From an uncultured virus (IMG/VR IMGVR_UViG_3300026203_000001) (Duplodnaviria > Heunggongvirae > Uroviricota > Caudoviricetes), in IMG/VR virus record IMGVR_UViG_3300026203_000001: 59,465 nt of DNA; one strand, given 5' to 3'. Numbering within the stretch: position 1 is the stretch's first letter; the number at the start of each line of letters is the position of its first letter. The notes beneath the pieces were generated by a model. It saw only the letters and a list, made by a program, of their open reading frames with translations, was not told the DNA's origin and did no database searches. Shown in pieces: positions 35,500 through 44,999 of this stretch. A program made the translations under genes and the position numbers.

Positions 35500-36884
35500 T
35501 GGTCGATACTGTCCTTTGATAGATTTAATCTTGAGGTGATACCTGCGGGTTGCCAAGTATGTGTTATACCTAGAATCATATATTTGCCAGAATAAACTGG
35601 ATCAAGTTCTAGTCGTTCGGATTGTCCTTCTGGATTAGACAAAGGTATCCTAACCTCTATGATGTCACCTGCATCTAAAGAAATGTTTCCAGGGACTGTT
35701 ATATCTAGGCGAATTGCGTTAAGTAATTGCCAACGTGATGCAGCGTATGCCGAACACAAAACAGTGTCGAAATTCATATTTGCAGATGTTCCCTCTGGAT
35801 TTTCAGCACTCTCAGCATTTTTCATTCCTGGAAGTGCTCTTAGTTTTATACGAGTTGGTTTCTCTTCTGAGAAATACTCGTCATTCGCTCTGAAAAAGGG
35901 GAATCCAGAGTTAAGAGTATTTGCTATATCAAATACTTTTTTAGCACCCATATTTACTGGAGGATTTATAGATCCCGCAGGTGATGAGTCCTCTTCCCCA
36001 GTTGTTTCAGTTCCACCATTAGAAGGTAAATGTCCTTCAGTTAAGGCGGGCAATAATATTCCAATAACAACGTTGCTATACAGACCAGTACGCATCCTTT
36101 CTAGGTGATTTGCACGATCTGGATAGTTCAATGTCTCTATATTATAAGCATTATTTGAATCATCTGTCAAGTTTGCTTGTACATATGTGAATACTTTAGG
36201 ATTTGTAAAAGATGGGTTTTTTTCAGAACACAAGTAATCCATAGTAGCAAAACTCATACCTTGACGTGTTTGCCAATACAAATATCCTGGTCTTTTAGAT
36301 ACTGAACCAACTACTTTATCTTGAATGTATGAAATAGCATCATAAGGTCTCCAAGATGTAGATATAAAGTTAAAATTACCAGAAGCAGGTTCCCAGAATT
36401 TGTGCTTTGTTTCTTTTAAATATTTTTTCTCTATATCCTCAATACTAACAGATCCAGGTTTATCAACAAATGCTTCAAAAACACGATTAGTCTCATTCAA
36501 TGCTGTAGAAGGTGATGTGGTATATAAAATATAAGTTTGTGCACGTTCAGACTTTGTAACTTCACCAATTTTAAATACTTTTTGTATAATTTCAAGTTCT
36601 TCATCTCCTGATGAATCAGTCTTTATGGTAAGTTTAACATATTCATTACCATTCAATAATCTTGCCATATCAGCAGTATCATATATTAAAATCTCCATTC
36701 TCATTGTAGGAGAATCTACAGACTGTATAATTTTAAATTCTGAGCATAATCCACGAAGATCAAAAGCATTATCACCACTAAATTGTAATCCAGACAAATC
36801 CTCTCTAGGAGATGTGTCAGCAGGTAAAACTAAAAGACCAAACTCTTGTATTTCATATCCTTTTGGTTGGGTAATATCTGCCAT
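35496..36884 (-). CDS. Baseplate hub protein (gp27-like)
   Basis: Lies between tape-measure-like genes and gp5; I.VPGN..L.AGD.I...SGKY.I..I.H motif. Confidence 0.75.
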   Translation of the reverse strand: MADITQPKGYEIQEFGLLVLPADTSPREDLSGLQFSGDNAFDLRGLCSEFKIIQSVDSPTMRMEILIYDTADMARLLNGNEYVKLTIKTDSSGDEELEIIQKVFKIGEVTKSERAQTYILYTTSPSTALNETNRVFEAFVDKPGSVSIEDIEKKYLKETKHKFWEPASGNFNFISTSWRPYDAISYIQDKVVGSVSKRPGYLYWQTRQGMSFATMDYLCSEKNPSFTNPKVFTYVQANLTDDSNNAYNIETLNYPDRANHLERMRTGLYSNVVIGILLPALTEGHLPSNGGTETTGEEDSSPAGSINPPVNMGAKKVFDIANTLNSGFPFFRANDEYFSEEKPTRIKLRALPGMKNAESAENPEGTSANMNFDTVLCSAYAASRWQLLNAIRLDITVPGNISLDAGDIIEVRIPLSNPEGQSERLELDPVYSGKYMILGITHTWQPAGITSRLNLSKDSIDQ

Positions 36885-39076
36885 TATAAGAAGTTACTTG
36901 GTGATGTGTTTGATTCTGCTAGATAACCAAATCTACTTTGTATATATGGTGTAACAGGATTTTCTTCCCCTGGGAGGGTAACTAACTGTCCTTCTCCACC
37001 ATCTTTTTCTATTACAGGTTTTTCTATTGCATCTAATACGATAGTCTGAACCTGTTGTTTTTGCATCATTTTATCTAATTCCTGTTCACCTGCGGTTGTA
37101 ACGTCTAGTAGATTCTTTAATATACCAGAAGCATTAGTTGTTTTTGATATAATTCCAACTGCTTGTAATAATCTTTGTGTTGTAAGATTAGGATCTTTAC
37201 GGGTATCAGGTGTGTCTATAGGTACTACAAACTCTGTTCCGTGACCTACAAATCCACCGTTAGATCTATTAATAAATGATGTTTGATTGAACCCTACGGG
37301 ATAACCTGATTGCGGTCCACTTATGATACCACCTTTACTTCTACCACCTTTCAAACTTTCAAGCATTGCAAGTGTGTCTTTCCAACTTCTAGTTTGGTTA
37401 TTTACAGACCCTTCTGAACTAGGTATCTCATCAAAGAATTTTGATAAATTTAAAGCAAATTGACTTGCATCTATTTTCTCACCCAAGAAATCTTGGTATC
37501 CCGCCATATTCTTCAGTTCTTTGAAGATAGTATCTTGACCTGCGGGACTGAATTTGTAAGTTTTAGGGTCTTTACCCATACTCTTCAGTGCTGCCAAAGC
37601 ATCAGAGAGTTTTATGCTATAACGACCTAACTCTGCACCTTCACCATATGTTTGAATTAACTCTTCAACAGTCTGATAAATTAAGGAAGTATCAGTACCA
37701 TTTCCTGTATCATCATATTTGCTGCCTGACGCAACAAAATCACCTAAGAAATTAGAACCTTTTAATGGATATGTAGAACCACCTTCTCCTTTAAAGGGGT
37801 CTCCATTAATATTTGCAGGAGTTCCGTTGAATGTAGAAGTGTTAGAGGTTTCCTCTTTTTCATCTTGATTTCCACTTCCTGCTACCCACGATAAAACTTT
37901 CGTAAGAGTGTTTAGTAGCAAAATTGCAGGACCAAATGCGTATTTACCTATTATCTCTGCTGCTTTTAATATCTTTGGCATATGTGGTTCTATCATATCA
38001 AGAACCCTACTCATAAGATCACCATACGCTATAAAAAAGTCTTTGACTGCATCACCAACTGGTTTCAGTAATTTTTTAGTAAAATCTGCAACCATACCAA
38101 ACCATTTTTTTATCGGATCTATGATTTTCTTTACCATAGGACCAATAAATTTACCTACATTTTTTCCTAAAAATCCACCAAGAGCATTACCAATTAAACC
38201 ACCAATAGGACCTGCTATTTGATTACCTATCATTCCAAGACCTATTGCACCTGTTGTTGCTCCTACCGATCCACCTATTGCTGCTGACTGTCTATATTCT
38301 TCATCTATACCCTCATCTTCCATTATATCATTATATGCCATAAACCCTTGTGCTATACCTAACCCTGCTTGACCCAAGAAATTACCACCTAGGAATTTAC
38401 CTAGGTTCATAATACCTTTACCAACCAGACTTAGCATACTGGTAAATCCTTTCACCATCAATGCAGGATTCTTCAATATTTTTAATCCTAATGCAGCAAC
38501 AACTCCCGCTGTTATCAACTTCATAGCACCTTCAATTCTGTCCAAGAAAGACTTATCTTCACCAAATAATTGATTCCACGACTTTCCTATCCAACTTACA
38601 ATTCCAGACATCAATCCCCATACTGCCTTGAAAAATCCTCCTATTCGTTTCATTGCAAGAGTTAATTTTTCTTGATTCTCCTTATTACCTAACCATTTAA
38701 GAGCAGCAAAGGTCATAAGACCTGTAAACAACTTACCTAACCATCCGAAGAATGTAGGTGCTGCTTTTGCCATTAATGCACCAACTGCTAAACCAATACC
38801 CATTTTATTACCTTTCTTCATCTTACGAGCATTTGCTCTATCAATTTCAAGTTGATTTCTTCTCGATATTTCTTGCATTTGAGCAGTCTGTTGTGATCTT
38901 GCTGCTTGTACTGCTACACCTATACTATTAACTGTTATCCCTAGGGAATTAATTGCTTTAATGGTTGTGGAAAAACTTGACCCCGATACTTGTTTACCGC
39001 CAATCGAAATTTTTGCACCCTCATCTTTTGGTGGTGCAATAAATTTATAAAATCGTATAGTCTTTTTTTCTGCCAT
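36884..39076 (-). CDS. Tape-measure-like tail protein with a degenerate lysozyme-like domain
   Basis: Amphipathic/Gly-zipper helices; GRY...FSP..QD...FL..KI...FA..L segment. Confidence 0.7.
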   Translation of the reverse strand: MAEKKTIRFYKFIAPPKDEGAKISIGGKQVSGSSFSTTIKAINSLGITVNSIGVAVQAARSQQTAQMQEISRRNQLEIDRANARKMKKGNKMGIGLAVGALMAKAAPTFFGWLGKLFTGLMTFAALKWLGNKENQEKLTLAMKRIGGFFKAVWGLMSGIVSWIGKSWNQLFGEDKSFLDRIEGAMKLITAGVVAALGLKILKNPALMVKGFTSMLSLVGKGIMNLGKFLGGNFLGQAGLGIAQGFMAYNDIMEDEGIDEEYRQSAAIGGSVGATTGAIGLGMIGNQIAGPIGGLIGNALGGFLGKNVGKFIGPMVKKIIDPIKKWFGMVADFTKKLLKPVGDAVKDFFIAYGDLMSRVLDMIEPHMPKILKAAEIIGKYAFGPAILLLNTLTKVLSWVAGSGNQDEKEETSNTSTFNGTPANINGDPFKGEGGSTYPLKGSNFLGDFVASGSKYDDTGNGTDTSLIYQTVEELIQTYGEGAELGRYSIKLSDALAALKSMGKDPKTYKFSPAGQDTIFKELKNMAGYQDFLGEKIDASQFALNLSKFFDEIPSSEGSVNNQTRSWKDTLAMLESLKGGRSKGGIISGPQSGYPVGFNQTSFINRSNGGFVGHGTEFVVPIDTPDTRKDPNLTTQRLLQAVGIISKTTNASGILKNLLDVTTAGEQELDKMMQKQQVQTIVLDAIEKPVIEKDGGEGQLVTLPGEENPVTPYIQSRFGYLAESNTSPSNFL

Positions 39077-41376
39077 TAGTAAACTGTCGCGTCATTTTGT
39101 GCGTGTGTCACAATCGTTTCATTACCTGTGATAACGACAGGTTGATTTACTGGTTGAACAATAGTTATTTCACCTGAGTTATCATCAACTACATACTCTT
39201 TTTCATTAACCAGATCATTTGCGTTGATGGTATCACTGTTATTTATTTCTTTGGGGTCAACTGTGTTACTTACAATGTCGTTTTCCTCTTGTGAAGAGAA
39301 TATCTCAGGATATATACTATCCAATGGAAGTATGTTCTTATTATATTTTCCTCTAGGTTTTATTTTATGGTTTCTATATGCCTGTGCTACAAGAAATGTC
39401 ATTGACGAATCCATCATACCTAAAAGGGGATTAGCATAGTTAATATGTTTTCTAGCATCTATTAACTCACCTATTTTATCACCAGGTTTTACCCTTGTTT
39501 TATGAGGAACAGTAGGGTTCACATTTCTGTAGTTAATATCTGGATTTTCACCATCACCCTCAATAATCATCCCTGCTGTCATATATCCTTTTGGTTTATA
39601 ATTATACTGACGTATCTTACCTGCTTTTATAGCAAAAACATCTATAGGAAAACTTTCTGGATTTCTAGGTCTTATGACCATACCTTCTTTTAACCCTCCC
39701 GCTGTATATGTTCCTGCACTTCTATCTAAGAATCCATCTTTTAGTGGGAATACAGCAGGAAGTGCTCCTGTTATCTCTTCATTTTTTTGTGCTGTTTGCT
39801 CTGCTATTAGTTCACCTTCTTTTGATTGTAATTTTGCTAGATATTCCTTTTCTTTCTCGATACGTTCTGAGACAGAAAATCTCCATTTGTTAAACCAAGG
39901 TCCTTTATAGTCTTCACCTTTCTCTTCTTGAATTTTTTCTAGCATTTTTATTTTTGCTAGACTGTCTGCTATATCTAACTGTTTATTTTCTACTTTTCTA
40001 GTTATTTTCTCTTCATCTGTACCTATGTTTAACACATTTAAGGTAGTATTCATTAATCTTTTACCAGAATTGACTAATCTAACTAAATTATACATTGCTT
40101 CTTGTGCCCAAGGACTATTAAACGTATCAGTAATCCTTTGTATTCCTGCATCTATAAGGGGTTTAAATATTTCTTGCATTCTGGCGAAAAGTGGTGCTAT
40201 CCCATCATTCCATAGGTCAGCAAACGCTTCTGCTATTCCACTATAATATGCCTTGAAGATCTTAAAGTACATACCAAATGCTCTTTTTATAGGTTTGAAA
40301 AGAGGTGTCATAGCATCACCTACGAAGGCACCTATCTTGTCTCCAAGGAATGATCCTACAAGTTGACCAACAATAGGACCAAATGGACCAAGAATAGGTG
40401 TAAGTAGTGCTGACAATGCCAAACCACCAATAACAGCACCTGCACCACCTCCAACTGCGTTTTGCATTGACTTACCAGATGCTAATCTGTTTCCAAATGA
40501 GAATGCACCTGCTAATACTGACATTCCTCCACCTTTGAGGAACTTACCACCCACTTTCATAAATTTACTAACACCAGGACCTTTTAGGAACCTACCTCCT
40601 CTTTGTAAAAATCTACCACTCCTGACTTTTGCCAGACGTTTCATACGAAGGAGTTTTCTGGCACGTAATTGTTTATTTAATTGTCTCTGTTTTACTATTC
40701 TCCTACCTTCTGCAAATTTAGATCCAGGTTTACGATATTTGAACGCTTTATAATATTTCTCTAATCTTTTGTAATCACCAATTAATTTCCAAGGTCGTAA
40801 TATTCTAGTTGCTAAAAATAATCCTCCAATACCACTGACAATTTTTAAAACTGCCATAAGTGGACTCTTTGTTCCAAGTCCATCAAGTATTAGTCCTATA
40901 CTTCCTGTGGTTACTTTGTAGAGAGTTTTGAACCACCCACCTATGACTGCTAATCCTATTCTTAGATCATTTCTTTTTCCAGGTTGTTGTAAGAAAGTTA
41001 AGACACCCCAACCAAGAAATGCTTTTGCTAACCACTTTAGGGGTTTTAAAAGTGCTTCTATCCACCCAATTTTCTTAGGTGCCTTTTTGATTCCTTGTTT
41101 AGCACCATCTTCGATGTCTTTTTTGTCTAGATCTTTTTCGTACTGCTCTTCTGCCTTCTTATCTATTTCTAACTGTTTCTTACGATCATTCTCTGCATTA
41201 ATTAGACTTCCCTGTGCTGCTGCCAAGTCATCAACCATCAACTGACCAATATCTGCCACAGCAAAACCCATCCTGTTGATAGCATAAGTTAGAGTCTTAA
41301 CAGGATCTCCTTGCGGTCCACCTGGGGTGGGTGCAAGAAACTTTTTAATCTTTAATGGTGATGCTGTTTTTGCCAC
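39076..41376 (-). CDS. Tape-measure-like tail protein with a degenerate M23-like domain
   Basis: Amphipathic helices; V.A..AGKI...RVKPGDKIG segment; GTG start. Confidence 0.7.
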   Translation of the reverse strand: MAKTASPLKIKKFLAPTPGGPQGDPVKTLTYAINRMGFAVADIGQLMVDDLAAAQGSLINAENDRKKQLEIDKKAEEQYEKDLDKKDIEDGAKQGIKKAPKKIGWIEALLKPLKWLAKAFLGWGVLTFLQQPGKRNDLRIGLAVIGGWFKTLYKVTTGSIGLILDGLGTKSPLMAVLKIVSGIGGLFLATRILRPWKLIGDYKRLEKYYKAFKYRKPGSKFAEGRRIVKQRQLNKQLRARKLLRMKRLAKVRSGRFLQRGGRFLKGPGVSKFMKVGGKFLKGGGMSVLAGAFSFGNRLASGKSMQNAVGGGAGAVIGGLALSALLTPILGPFGPIVGQLVGSFLGDKIGAFVGDAMTPLFKPIKRAFGMYFKIFKAYYSGIAEAFADLWNDGIAPLFARMQEIFKPLIDAGIQRITDTFNSPWAQEAMYNLVRLVNSGKRLMNTTLNVLNIGTDEEKITRKVENKQLDIADSLAKIKMLEKIQEEKGEDYKGPWFNKWRFSVSERIEKEKEYLAKLQSKEGELIAEQTAQKNEEITGALPAVFPLKDGFLDRSAGTYTAGGLKEGMVIRPRNPESFPIDVFAIKAGKIRQYNYKPKGYMTAGMIIEGDGENPDINYRNVNPTVPHKTRVKPGDKIGELIDARKHINYANPLLGMMDSSMTFLVAQAYRNHKIKPRGKYNKNILPLDSIYPEIFSSQEENDIVSNTVDPKEINNSDTINANDLVNEKEYVVDDNSGEITIVQPVNQPVVITGNETIVTHAQNDATVY

Positions 41377-41550
41377 TTACAATGATTGGTGTTGTGCGTT
41401 CGCTTGTTTCTGACGTGCTTCTTCCTCACGAAGATGTCGTATGAGCATATTTACATAGACATCCCTCTCCCAAGGCATCATTTGTTCTAATTCAGTCAGA
41501 CTATACTTGTGATGCTGCATCAATGCAAAGTTCACTTCATATAGATTCAT
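41377..41550 (-). CDS. gp51: gp51-like baseplate hub assembly catalyst (57 aa), not in ORF track; probably also the -1 frameshift extension of gp26
   Basis: NFALMQHHKYSLTELEQMMPWERDVY motif. Confidence 0.85.
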   Translation of the reverse strand: MNLYEVNFALMQHHKYSLTELEQMMPWERDVYVNMLIRHLREEEARQKQANAQHQSL

Positions 41551-41570
41551 CAATGTATCGTGTGAGAGGG

Positions 41571-42281
41571 CTATGCGAAAAAACTTGCCATCCCCTCTAA
41601 TAACATCTCACTCTTTTTCTCAGTCTTAGGATTGAAAATTTCAATAGTGTGAGATACTTTAGGCATTGTCTCAAAGAAAGATTGTACTTTCTGAAACTGC
41701 ATATTATTCATACCTTCAAAGAAACTTATGAGTTCTGCCTTCTTGTATGCTTTTGCGTTTTCTACTTCATCACCGTTGGCGATTTTGTCAACACAATCTG
41801 CTGCAAGTTGGAAAATGTCATCAAGTTTAGGTTCATCTGCTAAATTATTCTTTACAAAAGTATCGATAGAAGGATACTTCATTACAAGTGTGACATCATC
41901 AGTAATTTTTATTTTATTTGTATGGTTATCAGGAACAACAACCTCAACTTCCTCAAGATTGACTTCAACATCAACTTGTGTTTCATTATCATCAGGAGCA
42001 GTCACTTTAAACTCACTGACTTCACCTACTGACTTAGCACGAATACGTAAGAACAAATATTCAATATCAAATGTAGCAAGTGATTCTATCTTCTTTACAC
42101 TTGTACAATTTTTAATAATCTCTTTTACTGCCTTGATCATTTCCTTTTGATCTTGAGATTCCATTGCCATATAAAGCAATTTCTCTTCACGAACTAGGAA
42201 TGGACGATATGTTACCTTTTGACCGAATGGTAAGGTACATTCATACTCAGGGACCACGAGGGTCGGTAATGGCATTGGCAT
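41571..42281 (-). CDS. gp26: Baseplate hub subunit/assembly chaperone gp26
   Basis: MPLP...Y...LP...YRPFLVREEK...FDIEYLFL.IRAKSVGE...LEG..SFF; CTAAATA at 42309-42315. Confidence 0.9.
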   Translation of the reverse strand: MPMPLPTLVVPEYECTLPFGQKVTYRPFLVREEKLLYMAMESQDQKEMIKAVKEIIKNCTSVKKIESLATFDIEYLFLRIRAKSVGEVSEFKVTAPDDNETQVDVEVNLEEVEVVVPDNHTNKIKITDDVTLVMKYPSIDTFVKNNLADEPKLDDIFQLAADCVDKIANGDEVENAKAYKKAELISFFEGMNNMQFQKVQSFFETMPKVSHTIEIFNPKTEKKSEMLLEGMASFFA

Positions 42282-42319
42282 AGTTTTAAATTCAACTCAG
42301 TATATAGTTATTTAGCACC

Positions 42320-43009
42320 CTAACCTAGAACTACCTTCTCATCTGTAAATGTATCTACATTCCAATCTCCAGTTGTTTTTAGTAGTGCTTCCATACGTAG
42401 TCTCTCTACTCTGAACTGAACATCTAGTTTCATTAGTTGTTGAGGTCCATTATTAAATTTCATTGTACTTACATTAACTGGGAAACAATTAAATGCAGTC
42501 CATACTGCTGTTGGTTTATTTAATCTAGTTTTTCCTACTATCTTTCCGTTATTATCTATTGCTCTTAATATCTCATTAGAACCACTTTCATACTTAGTTA
42601 TCTGTATGTCTGCCACGTAATCATCATAAAACATAGTTCTATTGTCACTATCTCTGCTGATTATTTGAATCCAACGATCAAAAACATATCTTGTCCACTG
42701 GTTTCTTGGAACTAGAAATTGTATATTCATTTCCTGTGGTTGCTGTTGCGTAGCAAACTTTCTTTGGATACCAAAGTTCTGAACATCTCCTGTCATCAAT
42801 GCTCTTGACGGTATCACCACTTCATCTGCGAGATAGTCTACTGCATCTGACCATTCTCTTAACTCTATTGATCCACTAGGACTCAATGTATTATCAGGTC
42901 CTGCAAATACAAAACGAGGAGTATCTATATGTACCTCAAAGAGATTAGTCTTTGTGGGTTCATATGCTCCTGTTCCTATAAAATTTTGAAAACCTCTAAA
43001 ATTTCTCAT
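42320..43009 (-). CDS. Tail tube-like protein (gp19/gp54 family)
   Basis: N.F.V.I..P; FD.W...I; YDDYV.DI.I; N.FP; L.V.F. Confidence 0.7.
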   Translation of the reverse strand: MRNFRGFQNFIGTGAYEPTKTNLFEVHIDTPRFVFAGPDNTLSPSGSIELREWSDAVDYLADEVVIPSRALMTGDVQNFGIQRKFATQQQPQEMNIQFLVPRNQWTRYVFDRWIQIISRDSDNRTMFYDDYVADIQITKYESGSNEILRAIDNNGKIVGKTRLNKPTAVWTAFNCFPVNVSTMKFNNGPQQLMKLDVQFRVERLRMEALLKTTGDWNVDTFTDEKVVLG

Positions 43010-43479
43010 CTTTTTAGTGCTAATTGCGTTGGCATAGGTTTATCTCTTCCATTAATAGTTACATAAAATTGTTCTAAGGGCATCAAACCTATATCTGCCC
43101 AATCAGATTCTGGTATGTCTAATAAAGCACCACGCACTCTATTCCTCAAGTATTTATGCACGGTAAGAGCAAAAACATCACTTGATATAGAATTACCTGC
43201 TGCTAATGCTTCACCCATCGCTGTACGTTCCAATGGCATCACGTAATGTAAGTTAGCACCCCAGAAATGATTAGCATCTTCATTCATAATGTACACCAAT
43301 GGAAACGCATCCCAATGAAACATCTTTTCTTTAAACTTTGGGTTTGGATAGTCAAAGAACACCATCCTACCTATCTCTGGTTGAACGTAAGTATTGAGAG
43401 TAGTTCTTAACCTGTTTCTCCACCACTGTTTAGTTCTACCACCAGTTTGTTTTGCTTTTATATCGGTGAAGGTGCTCAT
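43006..43479 (-). CDS. gp2: DNA end protector gp2-like protein
   Basis: G.M.FF.Y..K.K.....WD.FPLV...G.NLHY. Confidence 0.75.
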   Translation of the reverse strand: MSTFTDIKAKQTGGRTKQWWRNRLRTTLNTYVQPEIGRMVFFDYPNPKFKEKMFHWDAFPLVYIMNEDANHFWGANLHYVMPLERTAMGEALAAGNSISSDVFALTVHKYLRNRVRGALLDIPESDWADIGLMPLEQFYVTINGRDKPMPTQLALKR

Positions 43480-43916
43480 ACTTGTAACTCTTTCTCGGTT
43501 AGTATCATAAATACCATTTGACGATCCTTACAATATTCTCTTGCTGCTTTCCACTTTGCATCATTAACAGCGTAAGTTCTTACTTCATTCAGATACCTCT
43601 TTGTACGTCGCTGTTGTTTCTTAGGTGTCTGTGTCTGCTTAAGAGGTTTGACCTCGATAATAAGTCTCGTCTTCCCCCCAGTTTTGGTCCTTGCTCTGAC
43701 GTAAAAATCTGGAAAATAGCGATGAACCCTACCATCCACAGGACTAATATACGGGATGATAATTTCTTCACTGCCCCATTCCTCTACGTTTATATTGCGG
43801 TCGCACCAGACCATAAACTTTCTTTCCCATAAACTTCTATAAATAATGTTAGTAGGATCCCCTTTGTACTTTCCAGGGTAACTTGGTTTGAATTTTCCTG
43901 AGTAACTTTTAGTCAT
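43476..43916 (-). CDS. gp4: Head completion nuclease gp4
   Basis: Y.GKFKP..P.KYKGDPTNIIYRSLWE...RYFPDF...IEVKP. Confidence 0.95.
   Translation of the reverse strand: MTKSYSGKFKPSYPGKYKGDPTNIIYRSLWERKFMVWCDRNINVEEWGSEEIIIPYISPVDGRVHRYFPDFYVRARTKTGGKTRLIIEVKPLKQTQTPKKQQRRTKRYLNEVRTYAVNDAKWKAAREYCKDRQMVFMILTEKELQV
43838..43845 (+). promoter_or_regulatory. Late promoter TATAAATA for gp48/gp53, lying inside gp4
   Basis: Exact consensus 77 bp upstream of the gp48 ATG. Confidence 0.6.
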
Positions 43917-43922
43917 AAACAA

Positions 43923-44999
43923 ATGCCATTAGTATATCCTAGATCAATAACAGGTAGTTCTCTCGGTATCACGGGTCGTGATTCTTTCGAGTCTGCTTTC
44001 GTTGATTACCTACAGATAAAAATATATAGTTCCGAAAGAGGAAATCCATATAGTTACATCGGTCAAGGTTCTGGAACCAATACCAACTATGGAGAAGGTA
44101 AAGTCATTGGGGGTGGTGGAGAAGCAGAAGGTAGTATTAATGAAACTATTTATTTATACTTACCTCCACAATTAAAAGAGTCATATTCGACACAATATCA
44201 GAAGACAACTGTTGGTGCTGCGGGTATGGCAGCACTAGACGCATTTGCTAATGCAGCAGCAGGTAATGAGCAAGATTTGATAGGCAAGATTCAAGACACT
44301 GCTAAAGGTGTAACTCCTCAATTTGTTATGGATAAAATTGCATCTGCTGTAGGTACTGTCAACAGTGCTGTGATGGGTGCAGGTAATGCAGGTAATTTAG
44401 ATGCCAATAGTATCGGTGCGTTGACTAAAAGAAAAATATTTAACCCATATCAAGAGACAACATTTCGTGGCACAAACTATCGCTCTCATACTTTTACCTT
44501 TCAATGCCAAGCAAGAAATCCAAAAGAAGCACAAGAACTATTCAATATAATTGCAGCACTTCGTAGAGCAATGCTACCTGGATTACAAGATTCAACAGAT
44601 GAAGATCCAAGTACAGGAGGAGTATCTGAAGATGTTGAAGGGGAAACTAATCAAAACATAGTTAATGCAGCATTTAGGGGTGGTGCTTCTGGGTCAGGTC
44701 GTTGGTTAACTATACCTGACTACTTTAGACTAGATATTATTCGTGTAGAAGGAAGAGCAAATGCAGATGGTGAGGTAGAGATGACAGGTTCATCTCCAAT
44801 GGGTTTGAAAAGAATTATGCAATTCCCTACTAAATTAGTATTGAAAGATCTAAATTTAAACCTATCACCTAACGGTCCATACAATTCATTGAAAGATGCT
44901 CTTGATACAGGTGTGGATTATGGTCCTGCTAATTTTCAAATGACTCTAACGTTTGATGAGACAGCATTCTTAACTAAAGCATCAATAGCAGACATCTAA
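43923..44999 (+). CDS. gp48: Baseplate tail tube cap gp48
   Basis: IYLYLP...NPYQE..F.G...R.H.F.F...L.F.E. Confidence 0.85.
   Translation: MPLVYPRSITGSSLGITGRDSFESAFVDYLQIKIYSSERGNPYSYIGQGSGTNTNYGEGKVIGGGGEAEGSINETIYLYLPPQLKESYSTQYQKTTVGAAGMAALDAFANAAAGNEQDLIGKIQDTAKGVTPQFVMDKIASAVGTVNSAVMGAGNAGNLDANSIGALTKRKIFNPYQETTFRGTNYRSHTFTFQCQARNPKEAQELFNIIAALRRAMLPGLQDSTDEDPSTGGVSEDVEGETNQNIVNAAFRGGASGSGRWLTIPDYFRLDIIRVEGRANADGEVEMTGSSPMGLKRIMQFPTKLVLKDLNLNLSPNGPYNSLKDALDTGVDYGPANFQMTLTFDETAFLTKASIADI
44151..44158 (-). promoter_or_regulatory. Late promoter TATAAATA for the gp4 operon, lying inside gp48
   Basis: Exact consensus on the minus strand. Confidence 0.5.
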
